From the NCBI RefSeq assembly GCF_020745735.1, contig NW_026867509.1:434001-498000 (forward strand): a DNA stretch of 64,000 bases, given 5' to 3'. Below, one piece after another: positions 10,490 to 23,170 of the stretch; the first letter of the stretch is position 1, and each line of letters starts with the position of its first letter. The stretch is from Hemiscyllium ocellatum (taxonomy: Eukaryota). Made by a program: the position numbers and the translations under genes. The notes beneath the pieces are model-generated. The model had not been told where the DNA came from and searched no databases. It saw only the letters and a list, made by a program, of their open reading frames with translations.

Positions 10490-13107
10490 CTATTTAAAGC
10501 AATTGGTGAGTGTGACAAATGGGTAGATCAGAATATTCTTCAACTCCTCTCGAAACATATTTTGAGATATTATATATATAAAGACGTTGTTGCAGGAACT
10601 TAGTAACTGAAGTGTATTGGCTGTCTCTTGGAAAATATACTGAGGGTCACTGAAATCAAGGCCACCGAAGTAACTCTCGTCTGTTAGCTGCATATAGATG
10701 AAATGTCCAACCAGAGGGGCCCACAGGAGGAGAAAGCTGATAGAGATGCTGAACAGCAGAATAATGGACCTCTTGCGGTTGTTCATCTCCAAGTCTTGCT
10801 GCCTCTTGGCTCCCCAGAGCCTCCTTCGGGCTCTGTTGGCCGCTACGATCTGTCTTATGGTCAGGGCATTGAGTAGCAGAATGGCGAAGAATGGGAGAAA
10901 AGGAGTATAGATCTGGAAGAACCAATCATAAGCCTGCCAAGCTGGTGAGATGTAATAGTTGGCTTTGATGTTGCAAAACCAGGATATCCCATCTAAAATG
11001 TAGATGGGTTCATAGACAAAGTAGTTTGGAATATTTTTGATGCAGCAAAATGCACAGACTATTCCGATGACCAAAGAAGCAGTCTTCGCTGTACAGTACC
11101 TAGTCTTCCACTTCGGGCAACAGATGGCCACAAAACGGTCAAAGGTAAAGATGACTGTTAGCCACACCGAGCAATCCCAGGTGGCAAAGACGAGCACAAT
11201 GCTCAGAGTGCATGCAGGAGTGGTAGACAAGATACTTTCCCGGAAGTAGATGCGGCTGATTCGGTTAAGGATGACTGCAATGGTGATGACAAGGAAATCA
11301 GTCACCGCGATTGCCACCAGGTAGTAGGTGATGCATCGGGAAAGACCACACCGTCCTCGAGACAGGATGATGATCGCCAACAAGTTGGCTGTGAGAGATC
11401 AAAAGAGAAAGATATAACTGAACTCATTCCAAACATTACCTGCTGCTTTGTGCAAACTTCAAACATCAACATATCACCTCTATTCTCTTTTCTTTAACTG
11501 TTGACAAATTTTGGACATCCAGTGCAGCATGAAATATCTATCAATGCAATAAGTTCTGAGAATAAGTAGCGCTCTCTGGTCACTGAGTAAGAACCAGCTG
11601 CGAATTGTCTAAGTCAGGGAAAGTGGAATAATGTGATGTTCATGAATTATTCATACCAAGCCCAGCCAACCTTCAATTCATAGACGTGAACCCCCTTCTT
11701 GACGGATGTCTCATTCTGTGCAATCTCATCTTTGGACTTTTCAGAAATTCTAGTGATTGACTACATCCATTCCGTAGGGTACAAAATGAGGTCTGCAGAT
11801 GCTGGAGATCACAGCTGAAAATGTGTTGCTGGTTAAAGCACAGCAAGTTAGGCAGCATCCAAGGAATAGGAAATTCGACGTTTCGGGCATAAGCCCTTCA
11901 TCATTCCCGATGAAGGGCTTATGCCCGAAACGTCGAATTTCCTATTCCTTGGATGCTGCCTAACCTGCTGTGCTTTAACCAGCAACACATTTTCAGCTAC
12001 ATCTATTCTGTAAAACCATACAACGATCTGAAATCTCAACTAACTTCAGTCTGTTTTCCGTGTGTCAGAAAATTGATAATTCAAGATGTGTCAGTTATAG
12101 ATTTATCTCGGAAATCCGCTCGCAAAACTATCTGGAATTATCAACTCGGCCTCTCCGTTTCTGTTCCCTTCTTTCATGCATTTGGTTGATCAAAACTTTT
12201 GGCGTTATCGCATATGTCCCGAGATTAAATTGGTTTACTTAATTTGTACTGATGAATGCGAAATACAGTGAGGTATTTTGAGGTCAAATGTAACCGGACA
12301 TTTTAATGATTGTAAACAACCCTTTTCTGGGAATTATTTAAAAATACAATTATCCAACATATGCCAAACATTGATGCAGAGAATCAATTTAACAATGACA
12401 TAAAAATATTGCATCTCCACTAACGTCTTTGAATTAAATTCGAATGAATTCCTAAAACCACATTCAAAATGGCACCATCCGGTGAGAACTGTATACTTTA
12501 TCACGTCCTGTACTGTATGCATGCACTGTAAGCTAATATGATCACTGAATGTATGTTTATAATACAAAACATCTCATAAGGTATGAAACAAAAAAATCAA
12601 CTTCACGTAGTGCAGCGTAGAAAAAAAGTTCACTGCACTATGACAAAGTAAAAATCCTACAATCGACTAAAACGCTAGATTACAGTTCTCTGAATTGGAA
12701 TGGATGTTATTGTGGAACAATGTTATGGATTAATATTGACGCATAGTCGCTTATCACAATTCGGCGTCTAATTGACACTTTTCCAAAAAATACACAGAAT
12801 ACAAGAAACAAGAACAGATTGTGTTTCCTTGTAATGAAATTGCAAGTAATGCATGATTATATGCCTTGGCAAGCAAAGATCGCGAATGCAATATATGCAT
12901 GGAAATCCCGTTGAACTCCCTTAAAATCCAATTGTGGAATATTGGAAAAATTCTGCCTAATCATGAAAGGGAAAGTATGAAATTTCTGGAAATACATGAT
13001 CGGCTGAAAACCTTTTTCTCGATTATCAGCGACTTACCAGGAGCGCCAACAGCCGCGAGAATTGAATAGCAAATGATAAAGAAGGGGGCAATGACTGGTG
13101 CATGCAT
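10490..13107 (-). CDS. GPR139-like: Class A GPCR, GPR139/GPR142-like, two exons (13107-13038; 11388-10490), ~322 aa, intact
   Basis: Exon 1 MHAPVIAPFFIICYSILAAVGAP with G|GTAAGT donor. Acceptor CTCTCACAG|CC gives A-N-LLAIIILSRGRCGLS. Seven hydrophobic segments, TM2 LVAIAVTD, TM3 FTFDRFVAIC, TM4-ECL2 KNIP...WFC, TM5 PFLPF, TM7 SCNNVFIY, and stop TAA. Confidence 0.9.
11788..11998. mobile_element. Near-perfect fold-back Penelope terminal-repeat fragment in the GPCR intron
   Basis: 90-bp arms 11813-11902 and 11909-11998 with one mismatch seen and spacer ATTCCC. Contains ATTC-CCGATGA-A-GGGCTTATGCCC-GAAACGTC-GAAT. Confidence 0.85.
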
Positions 13108-13691
13108 CTTCATTCAAAATCGAGAGGAATTAGCTGTCGCTGCAAAAGTTCCTTCCGTGACACATTCAAATAGTCACTCATTTATTCTGAGTGGTACTCT
13201 CGAGTGGGACAATTAAATAAGAACACACACCTTACTTACAGTTCGCTAAACCAAGAAATTAACTCTTTGATTCATGCCTTTAAACAGATTGCATGATTGT
13301 ATTTCATTTTGCGACAGGGTCGTTGCAATTTCTCTGGTTCATCCGAATCAACAATCCAAACTCTACTTCTGTATCAAGTAGATCCATCAATGGTAGACAT
13401 CGAGCTGGTTTTCTTACTCTAAACTTTCTTTCTGTTTTTCATTTCTGCTATTTCCCAGTTGAATCCATTATGTCAAGCATCACCTTAGGTTTTCCTTTGC
13501 GTTCATCCTTATGTGTTTTACTGCCTGATATTTTAACACTGCGAAAATATTTTCATCAATTTGCATTTGAACTTTTAGAAAATAAAGTTTGCAAACATGT
13601 GATGTTAATGTGATTGGGACTTTCAAATACAGGTGTTGTCACATTGAGTCTGAAAAATTCTTCATTTGATCTGAACAATCTGAAACGTGGC

Positions 13692-14168
13692 ATGGGTGTT
13701 CAAGTGCTGAAGTTCGTGTTCAGATCTGCTTGTTCTGGAACAATTGGACAATGTTAATGTTTAATTTCACGAGAGAAACATGAGGCCCACGCTAAACTGG
13801 AAGTTGGGTTAAAATATGTTGCCAGATTTCGCAGGAAAACAGACTTGGTAAATGTATTGCAGAATTTTCATATTATCCTCATGAGCAATTGAAATAAAAC
13901 TAATTCAAGGAAATTTCCAGTGACAATTCAGGTGCACTATGAACAAAGAAATAGTCTAATCCATTTATTAACACGTTTTCATAATGCCATGGGCACTGTG
14001 TCGAGAAAAAACAACTAAGACAGTGTCTAAATTCACAGATCAGAGACATGGTGCAACTCACTGTAAACAGAAAGAGGGTGTAACGCAGTATCAGCAAAAA
14101 CGAGAGAAATGCTAAAGGGAAATTAAGTGTAATCAAGGTCACAGCTGTCTTTGGAGTCGCTGACATAG
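13692..14168 (+). pseudogene. Decayed V-segment relic
   Basis: Leader-like MGVQVLKFVFRSACSG at 13692 with donor lost. Acceptor TTGCAG at ~13862. CTAATTCAAGGAAAT..GTGACAATTCAG.TGCAC.TATGAA gives LIQGN(S)VTIQCTYE after indels. FR3-like KGKLSVIKVTAVF is followed by CATAGTG. Confidence 0.3.
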
Positions 14169-14249
14169 TGCCCAGTCCAGTAAAACAATTAGGTGAACAG
14201 TTTCAGCTATAACTGTGGGAAGACATTAAGTATGACATAAATGATAGAA

Positions 14250-15200
14250 CATCGATTAGGGAATATAGAAGAGTAGAACACAGTACATGTCATCGGGCCC
14301 TCGATGTTGTGCTGAACGTTTATCCTACTCTCTGTCCGGGCTAACCTACGATATCCTTCAGAGTACGATGTTCCATGTGCCTATCCAATTGAAGCTAAAA
14401 TATCTCTTAAGTCTCTGATTCTTCTTCCACTGCTTGCATTGCACTCCACTCATTCACTATTCTCGGGTAAAGAACCTTCCCATATACTCTCCCCTTAATC
14501 TTCCTCTAATCAACATAAAATCGTGCCACACATGATAGCCATTTCCACCCTTGGAAAAACTCTCTGGCTATTCATTGCATCTATCCCTCTCATGATCTTG
14601 GGCATGTCCAACAAGTCATCTCTCATCCTTCTTCCATCCAATGAGAAAAACACCAGTTCCTTTAAATTTACTTAATAAGACACGCCCTCCAGTTCAGGAG
14701 GCATCCTCGTAAGTCTCCTCTGCACACTCTCCACAGCTTCACATCCTTCCTATAACGAGGCGAACAGAACTGAGCAAAATATTCCAAGTGTGGTCTGACC
14801 AGGCCTCTATGTAGCTGCATCATAGCCTCGTAGCTCTTAAACACAATCTCTCAACTAATGAAAGCTGACAAACATACCGCTGCTTCCAGAATCTTTCGAC
14901 TTGAATGAAAACTTCGAAAGATCTATGGACATGGACCTAAAAACACCGCTGTTCCGACATAATTACCAAGTATCCTGACACTAACTCTACTTTCTGCATT
15001 CAAAATCGAACTTGCAAAGCGAATTTCTTCCTGCTTTTCCAGTTTGAATTCCATCTACCTGTTCTCTGCCAATTTCTGCATCCTGTCAATGTCCCGTTGC
15101 AGTTTGCAACAGCCATCCACACTATCAACAATTCCACACACCTTTGTGTAATCGACAGGCTTACTAACCCAGAATTCCACTTCCTCATCCAAGGTCAGTG
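14250..15200 (-). mobile_element. CR1-type LINE 3' fragment, degenerate
   Basis: Antisense similarity to the other CR1 copies in the window (WQRTGRWNSN ORF 15000-15188; GAACA tail at ~14270). Confidence 0.75.
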
Positions 15201-15984
15201 AATATATAGGTCAATGTGCAGTTTCACACCTACAATATGCAAAATTCACAAAATGAATTATTACTGTCCGCCTGTGGAAGAACTGTTGAGCGTGGATTCT
15301 GTTTCCCACCTCTCCACAATCCTGGCTTTCTGTCCACATTAATTCAGTGGCTGGTGGTTGATATCTCTATTTGTAAATTCGTCTACTTTTTCTCTTCAAT
15401 TATTTGTTTTTTTTCAACTGTCAGTTTACTTTACATATCTAGTTTATTTGTTAGAGTACACATACTTCTGGCGTCAACATGACGTAAATATTTCAATAGG
15501 TATATAGCTGATGAAAATGAAATTACTGTTAGCTAATATAGGAAGGCATCTGAGTTCATGGCCATTCCAATTTCAGGAGCATGCAGTAACTACAGTGTGC
15601 TACTTTTCCTGAATTCAACCACGAACGCAATAAGGGTCAGCAAATGTTCTACTGTAATAAACAAATGCTCTAATCAAAGTATTTTTCAGGTGAAGTAACA
15701 ACTGAAATATGGCTTTAGAAGGAGACACTAACGGCGACACTATCAGTCCCATTGCAAAAATATCTGCTTTAGTGTGCTAAGAACCGAGCGAGCTCAAGGT
15801 AATGTGAACAAAAACAAGGGTGCTGTGATTTAACTTTAAACAAAAAAAGAACAATCGTTTATGTGATAAAAGTCAAGATAGATTTACTGCAATGCATACG
15901 CAGTTATGGTAGAATGCTGCGTTTCACGTTTTGTGTCATGACCATGACTTTGTGTGACTTCGAGGGCAAGTGCCGAGTGAGACT

Positions 15985-16220
15985 GAGCAGCTCAGTGGTT
16001 AGCACTACTGCTGTATAACTTTACACACTGAGTTCGAATCTACCGTAGGGCGACTGTCTGTGTGGAGTTTGAACATTCACTCCATCCATTTGTTGGATTC
16101 CTCACATTGGAAATGCGTACAGGATAGCTGCATTGGACTGGGGTGTGCAAATGGGTAATGTAGGGCTGATCTGGCTATGATGTTCTTAGCAACGTCGATG
16201 TGGGCTTGATGGGCCAAATA
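15985..16220 (+). mobile_element. tRNA-derived SINE (HE1-like)
   Basis: A/B-box-like CAGTGGTTAGCAC...GAGTTCGAATC followed by GACTGTCTGTGTGGAGTTTG, shared with 61010-61320. Confidence 0.65.
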
Positions 16221-19200
16221 GCGTGCTGTCACGTTTCGAGGATTCTAGTGTAATTCAAATAAATAAATGGTCACTTAGACAACTTAATAGAGATGATTTA
16301 CAGTGGTACTACAGAGATAGGTTCAAGGAGATATTGGAAGGTGCATCTTACGCATTAATAACTGAAGTTAACGTCATTATTCAGGAATCCATTAAATTGG
16401 AGGGAGCAACAGAAAATATAGTGATATATTGAGTCAATATTTTGAGTGAGATTTACAGTGAACTTTGCAGCAAAGAGACAGATACCGCAAGAATGTGTTG
16501 CCTAATTAATGTCACAGGTTCTGAGACGTGCCAAATGATGGATAAGCAGAATGAGGAGCAGGCATCAAATGAAGATACAGATGGTGTGTTGGGGGATTGC
16601 AGACAAGAGGAATCAATGGATGCTTCAAAGATTGCGGTGGGAAAAAAATGAATTCCAATTGCTGGGCTATAGCGTCAGCACTGGGATAAGTGGAAGTTGT
16701 TCCGTTCTGATTGCCTACATCTGAGGTTTGCTGAGATCTGTGTCTCAGAACGTTTAGGGAAGTAGTGAGGGTTCCGAACCTTGTCAGGGCAGGATTACAT
16801 TTTGGAACATTGATTTAATCAAAGAATATAGCAAAGGCATTCTTTTGGAAACAATCAACTGCGCGTGACTAGTTGGGTCAGAAAGTGCAAACTTATATAT
16901 AAAGCGACAGATAAAACCAGAACTTACAGGGACAATGTGCAGTCAAAATGCAAAGATTGCAATCAAAACAAAGGAAACATGTCAGTCAACATGGCAAGTT
17001 AAATGGAAATAAGCAAGTATAATCTGATATGTATTGCAGAGACATATTATCCACAACTCGTTATTTGAAAACAGATGCATAAATTCACTGATAGCGTGCA
17101 ATACAGGGTTGTGCAAAACATTTACATTTTGTCACGGTGTTGCACTTTCTCAGTCAGAAGAATAGATTCAAAAAAACCCCCATCAATGAGTCGCTCTCCT
17201 TCAGCTCATGGTTAAGGAGAACAGGAAAAATAAAAGAGTGGGGTTTTATAGTCGGCTCACTAAAAACTTATTTATATCATCACCGAGTGAATCAGTCACA
17301 AATGAATGTCAGACCAACATCTGAAATCTTTGTCCAGTAAGGTGATTGAAAAGTTGATTCCTGTGAATCTGCAAACGAACACTCCATGGAACTTGGATTA
17401 CTGAGTAACTTGTTTTGTGTATCAGTTTTGTAATTCATTTTGTGTTGGGTATTGAACGGAATGTGATTTCAGAATTTGTACAGAGAGCAGGTCAATAAAA
17501 CATCTGGAGTACATGCTGACGAAAATGAATGACATATTCGAGGATCAGGTGCAGGTATGAATAAGAATAAATTTATTGCCGTAATTTTCTGTTGGTAGTT
17601 AAGCCCTTCTTCATACAGTATGAAGGGGAATGATGCAAGCACTTATCACAATTAAAACATGAAACGGAAATCTATTTCAATAATAATGATAAAACGGTGA
17701 CTACAGAGCAACATGAATTGTCCATGCAAACAATCTTGGAAGAAATGGGAGAGAATTTGTAAACTACACTTGAGCTGAGCAAGTGTTCAACCTACAATCT
17801 CCTGATTTGCAATCAGACACGTTATCCATTGGCCCAGGTCTGGCATGCTGCCCTTGACTCACTTCTTGAAGAGATGCAGTGTTAACAAGTGAATGTGTGG
17901 TCTTTTATTGCGTTAAATGGTTGTTAATCTTTCGAATTCTCCAACCCATATTTGTGTGGATGCTCGCTGGATATAGGAATCTGATATAGGAGCATTTGGA
18001 ATTCTCTCGGGTTCAGTTGGTAATCTCGTATTGAGGCTCGTGACTCATCGGGTGGTAATGTTGAAACATGAGGGTGGAAGGGGCTAAAGAACCCACATTG
18101 CTACTATGTTTCTGTCTCATTGAAGTGACGATACTGGTGCATTAGAGGGCGCTTGAGTGGTACAATTTTCGAGCGGTGGGTTCACGTTTCAGACTCTTTG
18201 AAATGCAGCGTTGATATTGATTCCAATTTGAGGTGTTTCTGGATGTGTTGGAATAAGCGAGTGAGGTACCAGTGAATTTGGGATCTGATCAGAAGAGCAA
18301 GAAACTCCATTCTCTGCCATTGTGAGGCATTTGTTGATTTGCTTTCCAAGAAGCCAGCAGAGACCCGCCTGTGGAACGTTTTTCAAAATAGCCTAAATGA
18401 ATGTCATTTACATGTTTCCAAGTCACTGTTGATCGAATGGTTAAGGAAGTGTGTTTATGACCAATGAAAATGGATCCTCTTTCCTGCTCAGTATATCAAA
18501 TTTAATTGATAATATTACTTTGCAATACTGACAATAACAATGCTCCTGCAGAATTGCTCAGAATTTACAGGGACATAAAACGAACTCAGTTCTACTTTTC
18601 CAATCCTTCTTAAGGATCCAGAAATTTGCTTCCACAGAAGGAACAACATCTTAGCCAGATAGGGGACATCCTTTTAATCGGTGTCCCAATCCCCATTGTA
18701 ACAAATACATACTTGTGCATTGAGTTTCATTTAAAAAAAAAGTGAAGAAAATAAAGAAGACATGTGAATTGAATATATTTCATCCCAGACTGTTACAGCC
18801 GATTACTTTGATGCTGTTGGCTGGCTTCCCTCTGAGCCAGTGTAGTTGGCTTCATCTGCGATGTGAAAACAATACTGATTTTGGTAGAACTGCTTTGTCT
18901 CTAAAGGTGCTGATTTTAAAGTCAGGAATTTGCTTTCCTTTCAAGAGTTTGTACAATAAGAATCCCGTTTCCTGAACAGGAATTGAAGCAAGGCAATGGC
19001 TGTGAAAAAGCAAATTCGTCAGAACTAAAACATCTGGAAAGGTTTTAGTCAATCTTGTACCTTCCTTAACGACAGGGGTTCTCTGGAAACCCAAAACTCC
19101 GGATTGGTCTCACTGATTTAGTTTGCAGTGTGCAGAAGGGAGCTCAACATCAGCGGAAAAGCAGAGAAGACTGAAGCAGGCAGGAGGCAAATAATGTGGA

Positions 19201-20050
19201 GCTGAACTTGGTGTTCAGCCCAGAGATCATTGAGCATGTGTGAGACAGGGATTTATTAACTTGGACAAATGAGAAATAATCAGACGTACTTGAATCATGT
19301 GAATTTCAGAGAAGAAAATACTATATTCCTCATGTCAATTTAAGGTTACTGAAAATGTTATTGCACTGCTGAGCGCCAACAACGCTGGGTTGATAGAATT
19401 TATCATGCCAAATAATTTTCATTTGTTTGGAGTTCAGTAATCTCAGGAACACGATCAGGAGAATTGACAAAAATGAGAAACACACGTTCGTATGTAATTG
19501 AACTTTAGTACAATCTAGAATTTCCAATGTAAGTGGATTCAGTACTAACTTTCAGAATTGTATTGCATGGAGACATGGAAAGTAAAACAATTTGCACAGC
19601 TGCAGCATATGGCAAAAGCTGTGGCTGTGAATCCAACTACACAAATGTTTCCAAGGGCAATCACAGACGTAATACTCAAAATAGCCTCAATCTGTTTTAT
19701 GTTCTTTCGCAATTCTATTATTCACTCCCTCTGTATTTTGTTCCTCAGCGATTCTGTGCTTGGGAGCAAGATGGTGACAGACTTGTCAGCATCCAACAGG
19801 CTCGGATGCAGCTGTGCAGCGTTACACAGATTCGGTTCTCACATGAGGCATTAAGTTTGCTCAAAGCCTAATCTTCTGCAGTTCTGCTAACAGCTTCCGC
19901 TTGCTGTCATAGATCTGACACGCCCTCCCTTCTTGCTGATACTGCTCAGATCGCTGCAGCCATCACTGTCGTCATTGAGTGGGACAGCTTTGACCAGCAT
20001 CTCCAACAAAGAGTTTCATGGAGTGCAGAATTATCTACAAAGATTGCACC

Positions 20051-20531
20051 ATGAGGAGTATTCTAGCAGCACTCCTCGTAATTCTCTCAATTCTTAGTGA
20101 GTATTATTTTCAATAACATTCCATTTCCTCCGACACAGGTATTTGCAATTCAAGTGTCTTATTAGGAAAACAACGACAGTACTGAACATAATTTTGGGAA
20201 TAGCTTTTTCGTTTTTTTTCTTAGAATGGAGTCAACAAGACATGGTCGAACAGCCAGACTCTGAAATTGCGGCAAAAGGAGGAGGCAATGTAACACTAAA
20301 CTGCGACTTGAAGACAAGCGATGCCAACCCTTATGTTTACTGGTACAGTCAACTCGTAGGGAAACCTCCTCAATACATGGTTTCTATAGTTGGAGCAAAG
20401 GTTGTAAAGAGGAATCCTGATGTTCCAAAACGATTCTCTTTCGCATTTACTAAATCCACGAAGAATACCGACTTAACAATCAACAAGGCCATCATTTCTG
20501 ATTCCGCCATGTATTTCTGTGCTCTGAAGCC
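20051..20531 (+). CDS. TRAV/TRDV: TCR alpha/delta-type V gene segment, apparently functional (leader 20051-20096, V exon 20225-20531)
   Basis: Leader MRSILAALLVILSIL with A|GTGAGT donor and acceptor TTCTTAG. V exon WSQQDMVEQ...VTLNC...YVYWYSQ...KRFS...DSAMYFCALKP has C23, W41 and C104 and is open. Confidence 0.92.
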
Positions 20532-20571
20532 CACATTAATGCAGAGTTATGACACAGCCTGTACAAAAACC
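20532..20571 (+). other. RSS (23-class): CACATTA - 24 nt - ACAAAAACC
   Basis: Heptamer 20532-20538, perfect nonamer 20563-20571. Spacer counted as 24. Confidence 0.85.
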
Positions 20572-22839
20572 CAATACCAGTTAGAGCTCACCAGCAGGTT
20601 CACTCACATCTAGAAACAGAAAGGACAATTTAGCTCCAGAGGAAGTATCATAGATGAGACAAGTAAAGTGAGAAAAAAAAGCGTGAACATAAATAAAAAT
20701 TATCTACTTTTCAGAGTTGTATCAATAACTTAGCTTAGGATGTAAATGTGCTAAGACTGAATTGCGCAAACTCATCAGAGATGATCTCTTTCTGATTTTG
20801 TTTCTTATCTAACTTTTCCAAGACATTGTCTTCTCATCCCTCCAGTCAGTGAATTTCTACACCACTAGAGAAATTAAAATTTTCTTGTGGACTTCTGGTA
20901 ATGTAAAACTTGATGTTTGGTATGTTAGTTCAGAAATAACGCCTTTTAATTAGCAGGAAGTACAGGATGATGCGGAAATATGTATTGAAATGCTTCATGC
21001 CTCTGTTCACAGAATTGCGAGAAGTAATCAGAACAAGCCACAGAAACAGCACACGCCGTTTCCCAGATGCGGAGTTAAATTTTGCTTCTCAACAGTCACC
21101 GGAAATGTTGAATGAATAAAAGAATAACGTTTGAAATTAACATTAGCCTGTGTCAGGCATCCACTAATAATCATCAAACAGAACTAAAGATTGTGAAAAG
21201 GCAATTGCAAAAAAGCTCCGATGAGTAGAATATTCCGTGTAGAGGAAACGTGAATTTTATTACATTTTCTTTCTGACAAGTCAAAATGTGTTGTCATGTA
21301 AGTTTCTAAATTTTATGGCTAAGCACATTTTTTGGAAATAAAACGTGCAACCTTTGTCACCATATGGACTGCTGCAATGGAACGATATATCAAATGATTA
21401 ATTCAAATTATTTCAATGAACGTCCAGTGATGTCTAACAGCCGTGGATAATCACAGACACGTGCTGTCAGGAAGAGGGACATCTGTGGATTATCAGTAGA
21501 TTAATCAGTTGTTTAATTTAATTCAATGCGAGATGTTTGGCCAGCAATGCTTTTATGTAAATGTTCGCTGGACACGTTTTTATTTAACTGAATGATCCAG
21601 TCGCGTATTGAAAACGAAAGTGTTCAATTTTGGGCCAGAAGGAGTCCATACACTTCCCTTCACTTCAAATAAATATATTAATATCTCTCTTTTTTGATGA
21701 TATACAATGCAAGAAATAGCTTAATTTTGGTATCTTCAGGGTAGCATATCCGAAATGGTGACAATAAAATGAAACATGTGGAAACGGAAATGCTATAAAC
21801 CACAACACATCAGGCAACATTCATAAAAAGAGAGGAAGCTGACCTTTAAAATCTAGATAATCCTTCAATATCGCTGGTTAGAAATAAAAAGCATGCCCGA
21901 AATGCTTGCCAAGACAGGGTAGCAAGTTTGAAATAAACTGGTCTCCCTGAAAATGGTTTCGTCAATAGATAAAAAGATGCACCTGATATGCGTGTCTCTA
22001 CTGGTAGTTCTACACACAGGCACTGGACAACACCTAAACAATAGGCAGATGCATTGTTTTCCATCCCAGTCAATCAGCTGACTGCTTTCTCGATTCTACA
22101 TTTCAAAACGTCAACCAAAGACAGCGAAAAATGAATAAAATTTAAATCGGGACTCTTCTGCAGTTCAAACTGATACAGCACATGAAACATGGAATACTTT
22201 GTGCTTGTGCTTATTCAGGCAAGGTGGAAAACATCAACAATTCGTTTACACAATAATGCTTACATTGTTTTTTCATATCGGGTATTTGAAGCCCAGAAGC
22301 CACGACGTTTGCCATTGAAACAGATTTCGTTCTAGCATTTTAAACTGTGAATGTGTGAGATTTTCTGTCATATTGGTGCTTACCATGCATTAAGGTGCAG
22401 GAGAGCACTAAATTCCTTCATTGCATGTTTGATAGGGAATATCTGGGAAAATTCTGGTAGTATATTATGCTATATGCAAAATGTACAAAGGCCGGAATAA
22501 TGATTTTTTATCAAACATTGGTTGATAAAAAAAATCATTATTCCGGCCTTTGTACATTTTGAAATATTTATAAAACTTTGATATATGCATTGAAGCCTTA
22601 TGTCATCTAAGAGTACGTGTCTAAGCTTGTTTTAAAATGTCTACAGTGACTGTAGCACTAAATGAGCACTACCAGTTGTCAGCAGTTCACTAAGTGTCAG
22701 CTCATTTCAGAACATAAGGTGTCTTATTTTCGACTCTATTCGTGGTAGTGACAATCAAGGATAGGGATTGTCACATTGCAGCTGTGTCCTTACCACAGTG
22801 TCTCATTGATTTTTAATGACTTTGAAATTTAAAACAAGC

Positions 22840-23170
22840 TACGACGTGAGGCACAGATACAGTGCATAGCAAGATACGTTTTTCCTGGACAGAAATAGTT
22901 ATCACGATGGGGGCATAACTTTAAGGTGATTGGAGGAAGAATAAGGGGACGTGTCAAAGGTCTGTTCTTTACACAGCGCGTGGTGGGTATGTAGAATGGA
23001 CTGCCGGCAGTGGCATTCGACTCATTTACACTGAGATATTTATGCTTCTCTTGCTTTTCATTATCGTGAAAAATGTGTATGCAACTTGGTTGGTTTTTAG
23101 AGTAAGATAAAAGTCGGTTCAACATTGAGGGCCGAAGGACCTTTACTTTGCTGTACTATTTTATGTTCAA
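22840..23170 (+). mobile_element. CR1-type LINE 3' fragment, degenerate
   Basis: GGGCATAACTTTAAGGTGATTGGAGG...TTTACACAGCGCGTGGTG is homologous to the CR1 3' coding end. Confidence 0.7.

Noticed and set aside
10656-11249. Alternative-frame and antisense ORFs over the GPCR
   Set aside because: Shadow ORFs of the real GPCR exon.
17460-17560. Short AG...GT-bounded frame SRSIKHLEYMLTKMNDIFEDQVQ
   Set aside because: No neighbouring exons or recognisable homology. Splice-like boundaries are common by chance.
18050-18386. Minus-strand IHWY with a Cys 58 codons later
   Set aside because: The intervening sequence is not V-like and there is no RSS or leader.
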